Assembly (NCBI GenBank): GCA_050248855.1
Contig: JBFWRP010000011.1
Coordinates: forward strand, 1-64,000
DNA: 64,000 bases
Direction: 5' to 3'
Source of the DNA: Planctomycetota bacterium
GTDB taxonomy: Bacteria > Planctomycetota > PLA2 > JAEUHO01
The notes below the pieces were generated by a model. It worked only from the letters and a program-made list of their open reading frames with translations, was not told where the DNA came from and searched no databases. The position numbers and the translations under genes were made by a program. Below are positions 7,852 to 20,595 of the stretch, in pieces (positions within the stretch are counted from its first letter, which is position 1; every line of letters starts with the position of its first letter).

Positions 7852-10515
7852 ATGCACCACCCCGCTGCTCTCCGACCGTTGACACGTAGCGCGGCCCTGG
7901 CCCTCGTGCTCGTGGCGCTGGCACCGATGCTGCCCCGACCGCGTGGCGCTGCCCGTGCTGGCGAACCGACCGCCGGAGCCGAGCCGGTGCGCGCCTATCT
8001 CGTGCTGCAGGAGCCCGGCGCCTGGCGCATCTCCGCGGAGGCCCTGGCTGCGCACGGCATGCCCGACCCGACCGCCGTGGAGGTGCTGCGGGCCGGTCGC
8101 CCCGTGCCCAGCATGGCCGCCGAGGGCGGACTGGTGTTCGTGGCCGCCCACGTCGCCGGACCGCACAGCCGAGCCGGGCTCTACCAGCTGCGGCGCCGCA
8201 GCGGACCCGCTCCGGCACCGGCCTACGAGCTCCGCGACGGGGCGTCCGGGGACGGCACGCCGGTCCGTGCCGAGGCGGAGTGCACCTGGGCCGCGGACCT
8301 CCTGCATGGCGACCTGGCGGCGGGTCCGCCCGAGGTCTACGGCGTGGACGAGGTGCCCACGTGGTTCCTCGCGCACATCGACCCGCAGGCGACGGCCACC
8401 CTCGAGAGCGCGGGCCGCCTGGCCCTGCCGGCCCTCGAAGACGGGCGCCTCCTTGTCCGCGTGTACGCGACGCATCCGGGTCCGGTCCGGCTGCGGGCCG
8501 TCGTGGACGACGCGGGCCTGGGCGCCGTCGAAGTCCCCCACGCGGTCGGTGGGGCCACGCTGGCCTATGACGTGCCGACCGACGTGCTCGCGTCGATGCG
8601 GCGCGTGCGCCTCGTCGACGAGTCGCCGGTACTGCCGCCGCCCGCCAAGGACGACGTGACGCGCGCCTACGGTCGGCTGTGGGTCGACGCCCTGCGCACG
8701 GAGGGCCTTGTTGGGGGGGGCGAGGTCACGGTCCGTACCGGGCCGTGGACCTTCCTCGCGGCACCCGAGCGCGAGCTGCCCGCTCCGGACGAGCCCGGCT
8801 ACGGCGCCGTCGAGCGCGAGGGGCAGGCCGTCGGCGGTGCCTTCGCGTGGACGGCGGGTCTCGTGCCGGGCGTAGCCGTGCGCCCTGGGGACCGCGTCGT
8901 GGCCACGGGGCCGGCGCGCGACGCGCCGCGGCTCGTGGCGGCGCCCGACCTGCCCGACCCCCTGGCCTTGGCCCGCGGGGCCGCCCACGTCATCGTCGCC
9001 ACGCCGCCGCTGGTGGACGCGGCGCGCACGCTGGCCGCCCATCGCACGGCGCAGGGCCTTCCGAGCGTCGTCGTGCCCAGCGGCGCCATCTGGTGGCACC
9101 TCGGCGCGGGCGAGGCCTCGCCGGCCGCGCTACGCGCCTTCGTGCGCGCGCTGATGAGCGCCGCGCCGTCCACGCTGCGCTACCTCGTGCTGGCCGGCGA
9201 CGCCACGTACGACCGCGTGGACCTCACGGACGTGGCCACGATCCCCACGCCCATGTCGCGTACGAAGTACAACGGCGCGACGAGCAGCGATCGCTTCTAC
9301 GGTCGACCGCTGGACGACGCGGACGTCGGCGGCGTGCCCGTAGGCCGGCTGCCGTTCCGCGACCCGAAGCGCTTCGCGTCCTACGTCGACCGCCTCGTGC
9401 GCTACGAGACGTCGCTCGCGCCGGATCCCACGCGACGCCTGCTGCGCTTCGTCACGAGCGAGGGGCGCTTCGGCGCGCTCGTCGACGGCATGTTGGAGAT
9501 GGCGTTCCGGCAGGTGATCGCGCGCGACATCCCCGAGGCGTACGACCTGGAAGTGACCTACGCCAACCTGCGGAGCGACTGGCTCTGGCCGCCGCGTCGG
9601 TTCGCGGACAAGGTCGTCGAGGACCTGTCGGAGGGCTCGCTGTTCTTCACGTACGTGGGCCACGGCTTCGAGAAGGGCTTCGATCGCCTGCGCGTGGGTC
9701 GCGAGGCGTTCCCCATCCTCGACATGGAGGCCGTCAAGCGCGTCGACGTGCGTGGCACGCCGCCCGTCGTGCTCGTGCTGGCCTGCACGACGGCGATGTT
9801 CGATGGCCTCGAGGGCCCCGGCGTGAACGAGGCGTTGCTGGCGCTGCCCTCGGGGCCCATCGCCTGCTGGGGCGCGACGCGCGACAGCCACCCGGCTGCC
9901 AACACGCTCTTCGGGATGGAGCTGGCCGCGGGTCTGGGGCTGGCCACGCCGGGCACACGGCTCGGCGACCTGCTGCAGGCGGCGTCCGATCGTGCCGTGC
10001 TGGGCGATGGCGGCGCGCAGCTCGTGCGCGCGGCGCTGCGCCTCCTGTCGACGCAGGGCTACGACCTGGACCCGGAGCGTCTGGCGGTCGAGGCCTCGTG
10101 GATGTACACGCTGCTCGGCGACCCGGCCACGCGCTTGGCCCTCGTGCCAGGGGACGTCCAGGTCGACGTACGGCCGACGGACGAGGGCTTGGCCGTGACG
10201 GTGGTGGCGCCGGCGGCGGAGGGTGCGCGCGTCGTCGTGCGTCGCCAGCGCTCGCGGGCCCAGCCGGCACGCCTGCCCCGTCTGGAGCAGGATCCCGCGT
10301 CGCCCGAGGCCGAGGCCGCCATCATGGAGCGCCATGCCCAGGTCAACGACCTGACACTGGCCGAGGTGGAGGGGAAGCTCGTCGGCGGTCGCTGCGAGGT
10401 CGTCGTGCCCGGCGCCGCGCAGGAGGGCGAGGTCGTGCAGGTGGTCGTGACGGACGCGACGTCGCTGCACCACGGGGGGCTGACACTGACGGCGGAGGAC
10501 GTGGCGCCAAGGTGA
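7852..10515 (+). CDS. Secreted C25 (gingipain-family) cysteine peptidase
   Basis: Signal peptide; YLVLAGDATYD, SSDRFY, VGRLP, FFTYVGHG (His), LACTTAMFD (Cys), YTLLGDP. Confidence 0.85.
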   Translation: MHHPAALRPLTRSAALALVLVALAPMLPRPRGAARAGEPTAGAEPVRAYLVLQEPGAWRISAEALAAHGMPDPTAVEVLRAGRPVPSMAAEGGLVFVAAHVAGPHSRAGLYQLRRRSGPAPAPAYELRDGASGDGTPVRAEAECTWAADLLHGDLAAGPPEVYGVDEVPTWFLAHIDPQATATLESAGRLALPALEDGRLLVRVYATHPGPVRLRAVVDDAGLGAVEVPHAVGGATLAYDVPTDVLASMRRVRLVDESPVLPPPAKDDVTRAYGRLWVDALRTEGLVGGGEVTVRTGPWTFLAAPERELPAPDEPGYGAVEREGQAVGGAFAWTAGLVPGVAVRPGDRVVATGPARDAPRLVAAPDLPDPLALARGAAHVIVATPPLVDAARTLAAHRTAQGLPSVVVPSGAIWWHLGAGEASPAALRAFVRALMSAAPSTLRYLVLAGDATYDRVDLTDVATIPTPMSRTKYNGATSSDRFYGRPLDDADVGGVPVGRLPFRDPKRFASYVDRLVRYETSLAPDPTRRLLRFVTSEGRFGALVDGMLEMAFRQVIARDIPEAYDLEVTYANLRSDWLWPPRRFADKVVEDLSEGSLFFTYVGHGFEKGFDRLRVGREAFPILDMEAVKRVDVRGTPPVVLVLACTTAMFDGLEGPGVNEALLALPSGPIACWGATRDSHPAANTLFGMELAAGLGLATPGTRLGDLLQAASDRAVLGDGGAQLVRAALRLLSTQGYDLDPERLAVEASWMYTLLGDPATRLALVPGDVQVDVRPTDEGLAVTVVAPAAEGARVVVRRQRSRAQPARLPRLEQDPASPEAEAAIMERHAQVNDLTLAEVEGKLVGGRCEVVVPGAAQEGEVVQVVVTDATSLHHGGLTLTAEDVAPR

Positions 10516-10528
10516 CGCGGAGGCTCGA

Positions 10529-10626
10529 GTACGGAGTCGGGTCAGATTCCAACCTCGGGCCGGCTTGCGCACACGCTTGGGTTTGCTCTTGGCAGCCCGA
10601 GGTTGGAATCTCACCCGACTCCGTAC
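10529..10626. mobile_element. 98-bp GTAC-ended element, copy 2
   Basis: Arms nearly identical to copy 1, different spacer, same length; between convergent genes. Confidence 0.8.
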
Positions 10627-10656
10627 GGGAGACTCCGCCCCCTGCGCAACCACCGT

Positions 10657-11202
10657 TCACTTCACGCGCGCGACCGCTTCCTCGTAGGCCGCGCGCTCGG
10701 CGGGCGTCGTGAGGGCCTTCTCGGGACCGCCGCGCGCGGCGACACCCTCCACGAAGCGCTGGCGCAGGTGCTGGGCGCGCTCCGGCCTGGCCTCGCCGAA
10801 CACGCCGGACTCGATCAGGCGTGCCCGCGGCTCGATGGCGGCCAGGAGGCCCGCATCCAACGCCTCCGCCTCGTCGAGCCACACGAGCGCTGCCCATGCG
10901 AAGCGCTCCCCACGCGGCGTCGCCGTGGACGCCGCGTGGGCGCGGAGCGCTTCGGCCGCCAACGCACGCCCCGCACGGAAGGCCAAGCGCGCGCGCTCGG
11001 CGGCAGGCGTCGTCAACGGATCGCCAAGCGCGAACGCGCGGGCGAAAGCCTCCGCGGCGTACGCGTGGATTCCCCGGGCGACGAGCTCCTCGCCCCGCGC
11101 CTCCTCGGCGGCTCGTCGCTCGGCGTCCGATCCGGTGTCGACCCCGCCGCAGGCACCGAGCAGGAGCAGCAGGCAGGCGGCGATCCGGCGCGGAGCGCTC
11201 AT
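10657..11202 (-). CDS. Hypothetical helical lipoprotein
   Basis: LLLLGAC lipobox; ATG overlaps the upstream stop (ATGA). Confidence 0.7.
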   Translation of the reverse strand: MSAPRRIAACLLLLLGACGGVDTGSDAERRAAEEARGEELVARGIHAYAAEAFARAFALGDPLTTPAAERARLAFRAGRALAAEALRAHAASTATPRGERFAWAALVWLDEAEALDAGLLAAIEPRARLIESGVFGEARPERAQHLRQRFVEGVAARGGPEKALTTPAERAAYEEAVARVK

Positions 11203-14198
11203 CGGCCTGCCGCCTCCGTCCGCGCACGCCACGCGCGCCAGCGGCAGAGCGCCGCCGCGCGGTCATCGGCGCGACCGTTGGCCACGAACCCGTACGTCTC
11301 CCCCGTGACCTCGTGGAGCACCTGGATGGCGCGCGCGCGGACGAGGCAGTCGCCGTCCTCCAGGGCCGCGAGCAACACGTCGACGCCGCGGCGATCCCCG
11401 TTGCGAAGGAGCGCCGTGGCGGCCTCGTGGCGCACGCCCTGCGCAGGATCGTCCAAGCGCGCGGCGAGCGCGTCGAGCGCACGCGCATCGCGCAGCTGGC
11501 CGAGCACGAAGCACGCGAGCACGCGCACGCCGGGGTCCGGGTCCGCCAGGGCCTCGATCAGGGGTGCGACCGCGGGCTCACCCAGGCGCAGCAGATCGAT
11601 CGCGATGCGCTGCCGCTCGGCCTCGCCGCACGTGCTCGCGGCGGCCAGGCGTTCGCGGACGCGCTCCTGCATGCGATCGGTGCCCAGGTAGATCGGGCGA
11701 TCGCCCTCGCCGGGAGGCGGCGCGTAGTCACTGCCCTCGATGCGCGGGGCGTTCGCCGAGGGTGCGGCGTGGCAGCCCACGATCAGCGCCGCGCCGGGAC
11801 CGAGGGCCAGGGCGAGCAGCAAGGGCACCGAGCGGGAGGGCGTTCGTGCCACGGGCGGTGCATCGTGCCGCGCAATGGTCGCGTGCGCGTCACGCGGTGC
11901 GCGCGAAGCGAGCAGGCGCTCGACGAGCAGCACGAGCAGCGCCAGCGCCACGAGCCCAGGGGCCAGGGGCGGCCCCGGCTGGACGTCGCGCGCGCGGTAG
12001 CTCGTCGCCGCCGGGAGGCGCACGCCCCCACCGGCCGTGGCCAAGGCTTCCAGACGTGCGAGGTCCACCCCCACGCCACGGCTCTCCGGCGGCGGCAAGG
12101 CCGGCAGGTCCAAGCGCACCTCGACGTCGCGTCCCGCCGGGCGCGCACGCAGCCCCGCCGAGGGCACGAGCGAGGGCGCCGGACCGCGGAAGATGCCCGG
12201 CCGCTGCTCGTACAGGGCCACCAGCGGCTCGCCGCCGGGCGCCGCGTCCGCGGCGAAGACATCGATGCGCCCGGCGCCGGTCCACGGCGCGCGAGCCAGC
12301 AGAAGGTCGTCGCCCTCGAAGTCCGCGGTCTGCCCCACGGAGGCCCGCGCGGCTTGCTCCGCGATCCAGGGCCACAGCGCGGCGAGGGCCTCGCGTCGTG
12401 GCCGCCCGGCGGGCTCGACCTCCGGGCCCCAGGCCAGCGCCAGCACGCGGCCGGCCCCCAGCGCGCGGCTCGCGGCCAGGGGCTGCGTCATCGCGGCACC
12501 GGCTACGCGCTGCGCAGTGGCCAGCACCCTGGACTCCGCGTGGGGCTCCACGTCGTGGAGCCATCCGAGGCGTGGCCACTCGATCGCGCCGAGCGCACCC
12601 TCCGCGCCGGGCGCGGCCGACCACGGCCCGGCGCGCCGGTCCTCCGCACCGCGAGCCTCGGCCGCGAACGCCTCGAGGCGAGCACGGATGGCTGCGGGGT
12701 CGGCCAGCACCGTGATGTCCTCCGGGCGACGGGCCAGGGGGACCAACGCCTGCGCGGCCACCTCGACGCGCGAGAGGAAGGCGAGGAGGCGCGCGGGAGC
12801 GCGCGCCAACGCCAGGGCCGCGGCGCGCGGGTCGCCGGGTGAGGGACGGTCCGGGTCGCCGTCGCCCAGCACGAGCACGATGCGCTCCGCAGCGACTTCG
12901 CCCGCGACGCGCTGCGCAGCCTCCTCGACCGCAGCGAGCAGGTCCGTGTCGCCGCGCGCGGAAAGCGCGTCGAGCGAGGCCTCGAGGGCCCGGCGCGCCG
13001 CGACGTCACCGCCTTGGATGAAGCCGGGGGCCAGGAGCTGCGTGTCGGGCGTGCCCGCGAAAGGCAACACGCCCGCGCGTTCGTCGGCGGGTAGCGCGCG
13101 CAGGAACGCGCGCAGCGCATCGTGCACGTGCACCAGGGCGCCGTCGGCCATGCTGGCGCTGCGGTCCAGCGCGATCACCCACACCCGTCGCGTCTCGGGC
13201 GTCTGGCGCACGACGAAGGGGGACAGCCTGCGCTCGACGTCGCTGCCGGACCAGCCCCCCGCGCGACCCGCGTCGGGACCGCCCAGCAGCACGAGTCGCC
13301 CGCCGCCGGCCACGTGCCGCTCCAGCGCTTCACGATGCGGCTCCACGAGCGCCGCGGGCAGGTTGGAGAGCACCAACGCGTCCGCACCCGCCCATGCGTC
13401 GGGGCGCGGTGTGGAGATGACCCGCACGACGAGGCCCGCGGGCGGCGGCTCCGGCGCCTCGAGATCGCCGACCAGCACCACCGTGGGCTGGCCCGCCGGC
13501 GCCGCCACGAACAGGCGGTCGTTGCCCGGGTCGTCGTCGGGCGTCCCGGGTGCCAGCTCCAGGGTGATCTCGTAGGGCGCGTCCTCGGGCGCGCCGTCGG
13601 CCAGGAGGACCCGCCAGAACCCACCGGGCACCAACGTGACGGGGGCCGCCGCCAGGCGACCGCGCCCGGCTTGGAGGAGGTGCACGACCCCGGCGCCGCG
13701 GGTGGCGCTCGCCACGTCCACCTCGACGACCACGCGCGGGCCCTCGCGCCGCGCACGGGCTGCGAGGAGGCCCGCGTCCAGGGGCGGCGGGTCCGGCGGT
13801 GCGGTGAACAGGCGCCCACCCGCGGCGAGCACGGCCGCGGCCGCTTCGAGCGCGCCGGGCTCCGTGGAACGGCCGTCCCCGAGCAGGATCAGGTCCCGCC
13901 CCGGTGCCAAGCCCCGCGCCACCTCCAGCGCCTCCGCCAGCCGGGTCGCACCGATCCCCACCTCGTGGTCGCGGGCCGGGCCCCGGACGGGCAGGACTTC
14001 CGCCCCGACCAACAGGCGTTCCGGAGCCACCTCCAGCCGGGGCAGGGGGGCGCCGACACGGCCCCCCGTGCTGCGCGAGACGTCCACCAGGAGGACCGGG
14101 GGCTCGGGCAGGTCCCCCGACAGCCGAGGCTCCCACCAGGCCGCTCCGAGCAGGAGGAGGACCAGGAACCGCAGGAACCAGGGAGCGGGGCCGGACAC
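11199..14198 (-). CDS. vWA-domain membrane protein running in-frame into a HEAT-repeat lipoprotein (possibly two genes)
   Basis: VDVSRS and LDRSASM MIDAS-like motifs, DDDPGND, TM ...LLVERLL; then a signal-like stretch with LIVGC and HEAT repeats from GTG 11852. Confidence 0.7.
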   Translation of the reverse strand: MSGPAPWFLRFLVLLLLGAAWWEPRLSGDLPEPPVLLVDVSRSTGGRVGAPLPRLEVAPERLLVGAEVLPVRGPARDHEVGIGATRLAEALEVARGLAPGRDLILLGDGRSTEPGALEAAAAVLAAGGRLFTAPPDPPPLDAGLLAARARREGPRVVVEVDVASATRGAGVVHLLQAGRGRLAAAPVTLVPGGFWRVLLADGAPEDAPYEITLELAPGTPDDDPGNDRLFVAAPAGQPTVVLVGDLEAPEPPPAGLVVRVISTPRPDAWAGADALVLSNLPAALVEPHREALERHVAGGGRLVLLGGPDAGRAGGWSGSDVERRLSPFVVRQTPETRRVWVIALDRSASMADGALVHVHDALRAFLRALPADERAGVLPFAGTPDTQLLAPGFIQGGDVAARRALEASLDALSARGDTDLLAAVEEAAQRVAGEVAAERIVLVLGDGDPDRPSPGDPRAAALALARAPARLLAFLSRVEVAAQALVPLARRPEDITVLADPAAIRARLEAFAAEARGAEDRRAGPWSAAPGAEGALGAIEWPRLGWLHDVEPHAESRVLATAQRVAGAAMTQPLAASRALGAGRVLALAWGPEVEPAGRPRREALAALWPWIAEQAARASVGQTADFEGDDLLLARAPWTGAGRIDVFAADAAPGGEPLVALYEQRPGIFRGPAPSLVPSAGLRARPAGRDVEVRLDLPALPPPESRGVGVDLARLEALATAGGGVRLPAATSYRARDVQPGPPLAPGLVALALLVLLVERLLASRAPRDAHATIARHDAPPVARTPSRSVPLLLALALGPGAALIVGCHAAPSANAPRIEGSDYAPPPGEGDRPIYLGTDRMQERVRERLAAASTCGEAERQRIAIDLLRLGEPAVAPLIEALADPDPGVRVLACFVLGQLRDARALDALAARLDDPAQGVRHEAATALLRNGDRRGVDVLLAALEDGDCLVRARAIQVLHEVTGETYGFVANGRADDRAAALCRWRAWRARTEAAGR

Positions 14199-14320
14199 GC
14201 TGGGCAAGAGGCTACGGGGGCCCCGGGCCGGGCGGATCGGATTCGGGGTGGCTCCGCGCCCCGGCTTCAGGCACCATTCAGGGGCACGGCCCCGGATTCT
14301 CGGGGTCCTCGGGAGGTGCC

Positions 14321-14590
14321 ATGAACAAGGCGGAGGTCATCGAGGCGGTCGCGCGCAACCTGGGCTCGAGCCGGGCCGAAGCCGAGCGCGCGCTCGGCGC
14401 GGTCACGGATGCGATCAGCGAGGGCCTGATGAAGGACCACGACGTCGCCATCCTGGGCTTCGGCACGTTCCGTCGCTCGGTGCGCAAGGCCCGCACGGGC
14501 ATCAACCCGGCGACGAAGGAGAAGATCCAGATCCCCGAGAGCGTCGGCGTGACGTTCCGGGCGGGCAAGGCCCTCAAGGATCGGCTGTAG
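14321..14590 (+). CDS. hup: HU family DNA-binding protein
   Basis: MNKAE, GFGTF, RKARTGINPAT, FRAGKALKD; GGAGG RBS. Confidence 0.97.
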   Translation: MNKAEVIEAVARNLGSSRAEAERALGAVTDAISEGLMKDHDVAILGFGTFRRSVRKARTGINPATKEKIQIPESVGVTFRAGKALKDRL

Positions 14591-14725
14591 GCCGGAGCTT
14601 CGCCAGCCGGGCCCGGATTGCCGGGCTCGGCTGCGCATGCCCGGTTCATGCGCGGCACCGCGTCGCGGTCGCGGTGTACATGCCGTGACGTGGGCCCTAC
14701 GTGGCCGTGGCGCCGGACGTCCTCT

Positions 14726-15844
14726 CTACGCGGTAGCCCTGCCCGGCTGCACGGGCCCCTGCCGGGCGGTGTCCAGCTCCACCGTGCCGCCTGCGAGCAC
14801 GGCGTCGCCGACGTAGGCCACGAGGGCCTGACCCGCGGCGGGCGCGAACACGGGCTCGTCGAAGCGCACGCGCATCGACGTCGGGCCCGTTGCGACGAGC
14901 CACCCTGCGGCGCGCGGCCCGGCATGGCGGATCCGCGCCGTGACGCGGACCGGCCCTGCGAGCTCGCCCGCGCTACCGACGTCCAGCCACACGACGTCGT
15001 GCGCATGGACGTCGCGCTCGAGCAAGGCCTCGCGCTCCGCGACTTCGACAACGCCCGCGGCAGCGTCGACGCGCGTCACGTAGCGGCGCGCGCCCAGCGC
15101 GGGAAGTCCATGGCGCTGGCCGCGTGTGAAGCCAAGCGCACCCGCGTGACGCGCGACGACGCGTCCCGCTTCCACCACGTCGCCGGGCCGGTCCACGGCG
15201 GCACCCACGGTGCGCAGCCACGCGCGCACGCCACCGTCGGCGGGCAGGAAGCAGAGCTCCTGGCTGTCGGGCTTGGCGTGGACGGGAAGTCGGCGGCGCA
15301 GCGCGTCCGCGCGCACCTCGGCCTTCGTCATGTCGCCGAGTGGGAAGCAAAGCAGCGCGCGCTGCGCCTCGTCGAGGCGGAACAGCATGTAGGTCTGGTC
15401 CTTCGACGCATCGCGCGCGGCCAGCAAGCGCCAGCGCCCGCGGGCTCCGGGCGCGCGGCGCGCGTAGTGGCCGGTGGCGATGGCCGTCGCACCACACCAC
15501 GCGGCGACCTCGGCCAGGCGCCCGAGCTTGACGTCGCGGTTGCAGAGCACGCAGGGCAGCGGCGTCCGTCCGGCTTCGTAGTCGGCGCGGAAGGCCTCCT
15601 GCACGGTCGAGAAGGCCTCGCGGGCGTCGACCACGTGGAACGGGATGCCCAGCGCAGCCGCCACGGCACGCGCATCGCGTGCATCGTCCAGACCGCAGCA
15701 GGAGCGCGCACCGCCCGCTGCGACGCCGTCGGCCTCGACACCCGTGCGCAGATGGACGGCCACGACGTCGTGGCCCTCGTCGACCAGGCGCGCGGCGGCC
15801 ACGGCGCTGTCCACGCCTCCGGAAAGGGCCGCCAGGATGCGCAC
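14726..15844 (-). CDS. mnmA: tRNA 2-thiouridine(34) synthase
   Basis: SGGVDS, PCVLCN, ATGHYA, KDQTY, DSQELCF, TRGQR. Confidence 0.95.
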   Translation of the reverse strand: MRILAALSGGVDSAVAAARLVDEGHDVVAVHLRTGVEADGVAAGGARSCCGLDDARDARAVAAALGIPFHVVDAREAFSTVQEAFRADYEAGRTPLPCVLCNRDVKLGRLAEVAAWCGATAIATGHYARRAPGARGRWRLLAARDASKDQTYMLFRLDEAQRALLCFPLGDMTKAEVRADALRRRLPVHAKPDSQELCFLPADGGVRAWLRTVGAAVDRPGDVVEAGRVVARHAGALGFTRGQRHGLPALGARRYVTRVDAAAGVVEVAEREALLERDVHAHDVVWLDVGSAGELAGPVRVTARIRHAGPRAAGWLVATGPTSMRVRFDEPVFAPAAGQALVAYVGDAVLAGGTVELDTARQGPVQPGRATA

Positions 15845-15967
15845 GGACGAGGTCCTCCGCGGGCCCTGCTTCCAAGGATCGGCGTGGCCCCGGGGGGGCC
15901 GTCGGGCCCGGACGGCCTACGATACGCCGCCCCGTGCGCCCCCCGGCGCCGCGCTTCGGAGGTCCCC

Positions 15968-16348
15968 ATGCCCGACCTGCTTGCCGCTCCCGTCGCCCTC
16001 GTCGCGGCCCCCCTCGTGCTTGCCGCCGAGGAGGCGCCGGCGAGCAGCCCCTTCAGCAACATGCTGTTCCCGATCTTGATCGTGTTCGCGATCTTCTACT
16101 TCCTGGTCTTGAGGCCCGGGTCCCGCGAACGCAAGGCCCGCGAGCTCAAGCTCAAGACGCTGCAGAAGGGGGCCAAGGTCGTTACGAACGCCGGGATCCA
16201 CGGCACCGTCGTGGGTGTGGACGAGGACACCGTCACCCTCAAGGTCGACGACAAGACCAATACCCGCATCCGCTTCTCCAAGGCCGCCGTCTGGCAGGTG
16301 CTGGACGGGGCCGCGGGCGCCGAGGGAGCCTCGGACAGCGCGTCCTGA
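15968..16348 (+). CDS. yajC: Preprotein translocase subunit YajC
   Basis: IFYFLVLRP, LQKGAKVVTNAGIHG; upstream of secDF; GGAGG RBS. Confidence 0.95.
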   Translation: MPDLLAAPVALVAAPLVLAAEEAPASSPFSNMLFPILIVFAIFYFLVLRPGSRERKARELKLKTLQKGAKVVTNAGIHGTVVGVDEDTVTLKVDDKTNTRIRFSKAAVWQVLDGAAGAEGASDSAS

Positions 16349-16406
16349 CGCCCGAGGCCTGGGTTCTGCTCGGCCGCGCACCTGTCCCCCCCGTACCCTG
16401 GTGCCC

Positions 16407-16736
16407 GTGAGCGGACCGGAGCGGACCCCTTCAAGCCAGCGCGCGGGCCTCTTGGCCGTGTTGGCCCTCGCCGTCGCGCTGCCCCTCTGCCTGCTCTTCG
16501 TGCCCGGCGAGACCCTCGCCCAGGACGAGTGCTGCGCGACCGCCGGCGAGGCCACGGCCTCCGTGCTGGCCGAGCTGGGCCGCGTGTCGCGCGTGGTACC
16601 GCCCGCACCCTGGCTGCCGTGGTGCGACGCCCAGAGCGGCTTCGCCGCGGCGCAGCCCGAAGACGGCGAGCCCTTGTCGCTGCCCACGCAGTCCGTCCTG
16701 CTGCGCCGCGCTCCCAACGAGGCGCGTCGGCTCTGA
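16407..16736 (+). CDS. Signal-peptide uORF of secDF (109 aa), candidate translation-arrest/secretion-monitor peptide
   Basis: GTG 16407 (or 16401); hydrophobic LLAVLALAVALPLCLLFV, TLA-QD cleavage-like site; C-terminal LLRRAPNEARRL*; GC3-rich codons. Confidence 0.65.
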   Translation: MSGPERTPSSQRAGLLAVLALAVALPLCLLFVPGETLAQDECCATAGEATASVLAELGRVSRVVPPAPWLPWCDAQSGFAAAQPEDGEPLSLPTQSVLLRRAPNEARRL

Positions 16737-16912
16737 CGCGCCCGGAAGCGGCGCCCCCGTTTTCCGGCCGGGCCCGCTTCCCTCACGCACACGCGGTCGC
16801 ACGTGACGTCGAGATGGTCTCGTCGTCGCGCGGCAGCCGTCGGCCGGTCTCCACTTCCGCGCGATGACGCCCCCTCCGTGGCACGTCGCGCGCCCATCCA
16901 TCGAGGGCAACC

Positions 16913-20116
<3,204 letters not shown>

Positions 20117-20148
20117 CGCCGTTCCAGCGCCCACCAGCCTCGCGCGAC

Positions 20149-20591
20149 CCCGGATGTGTCAGGACCCTTGCCGCGGCGCCGCGAAGCGGCAACGTGGGCA
20201 AGGTGCCTGCAATGGAAGGTGCCTGAGCTCCGGGCTCGGACAGGACAGCCACGCTTCCATGGGAGGGGGTGCCGCGCGCATCGAGACGCGGTACGGAGGC
20301 GGGGATTTCTTCCGCAACTTGCCGCCCTGCGCTTCGGCATGCGGAAGTGCCCATCGGCAAGTTGCGGAAGAATTCCCCGCCTCCGTACGGGCTTTGCCGT
20401 CGGCATGAACAACTGACACGCAGGGGGCGCGGTTCGACAGCCGGCGAACGTCGCACTTCGGTGTCTGGTCACCCGACGCTCGTTCCGCGCTCACGCGCGG
20501 ACTCGGCGCTCGGGCTGCGCCCTCGCGGCAGGAGGGCTATTCCGTACCCCTCCTGCACCTCTCACGGGGTTCAGACACCTCCGCGCGCCTC
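20149..20591. repeat. Composite intergenic repeat (units A+B+C) between secDF and hflX
   Basis: Unit A rc 20149-20209, unit B rc ~20207-20419, unit C 20481-20591; homologous to 31556-32508 and 50696-50783. Confidence 0.88.
20291..20388. mobile_element. 98-bp GTAC-ended element nested in repeat unit B
   Basis: 34-bp arms with one mismatch; interrupts unit B at its GTAC; empty alleles at 31587-31590 and 32252-32255. Confidence 0.85.
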
Positions 20592-20595
20592 CTGC

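Noticed and set aside
6994..9099. 858-aa ORF 6523-9099 as one gene
   Set aside because: Only the last ~156 codons look coding (RBS at ~7001-7007); the rest is antisense to the ferredoxin and C25 genes.
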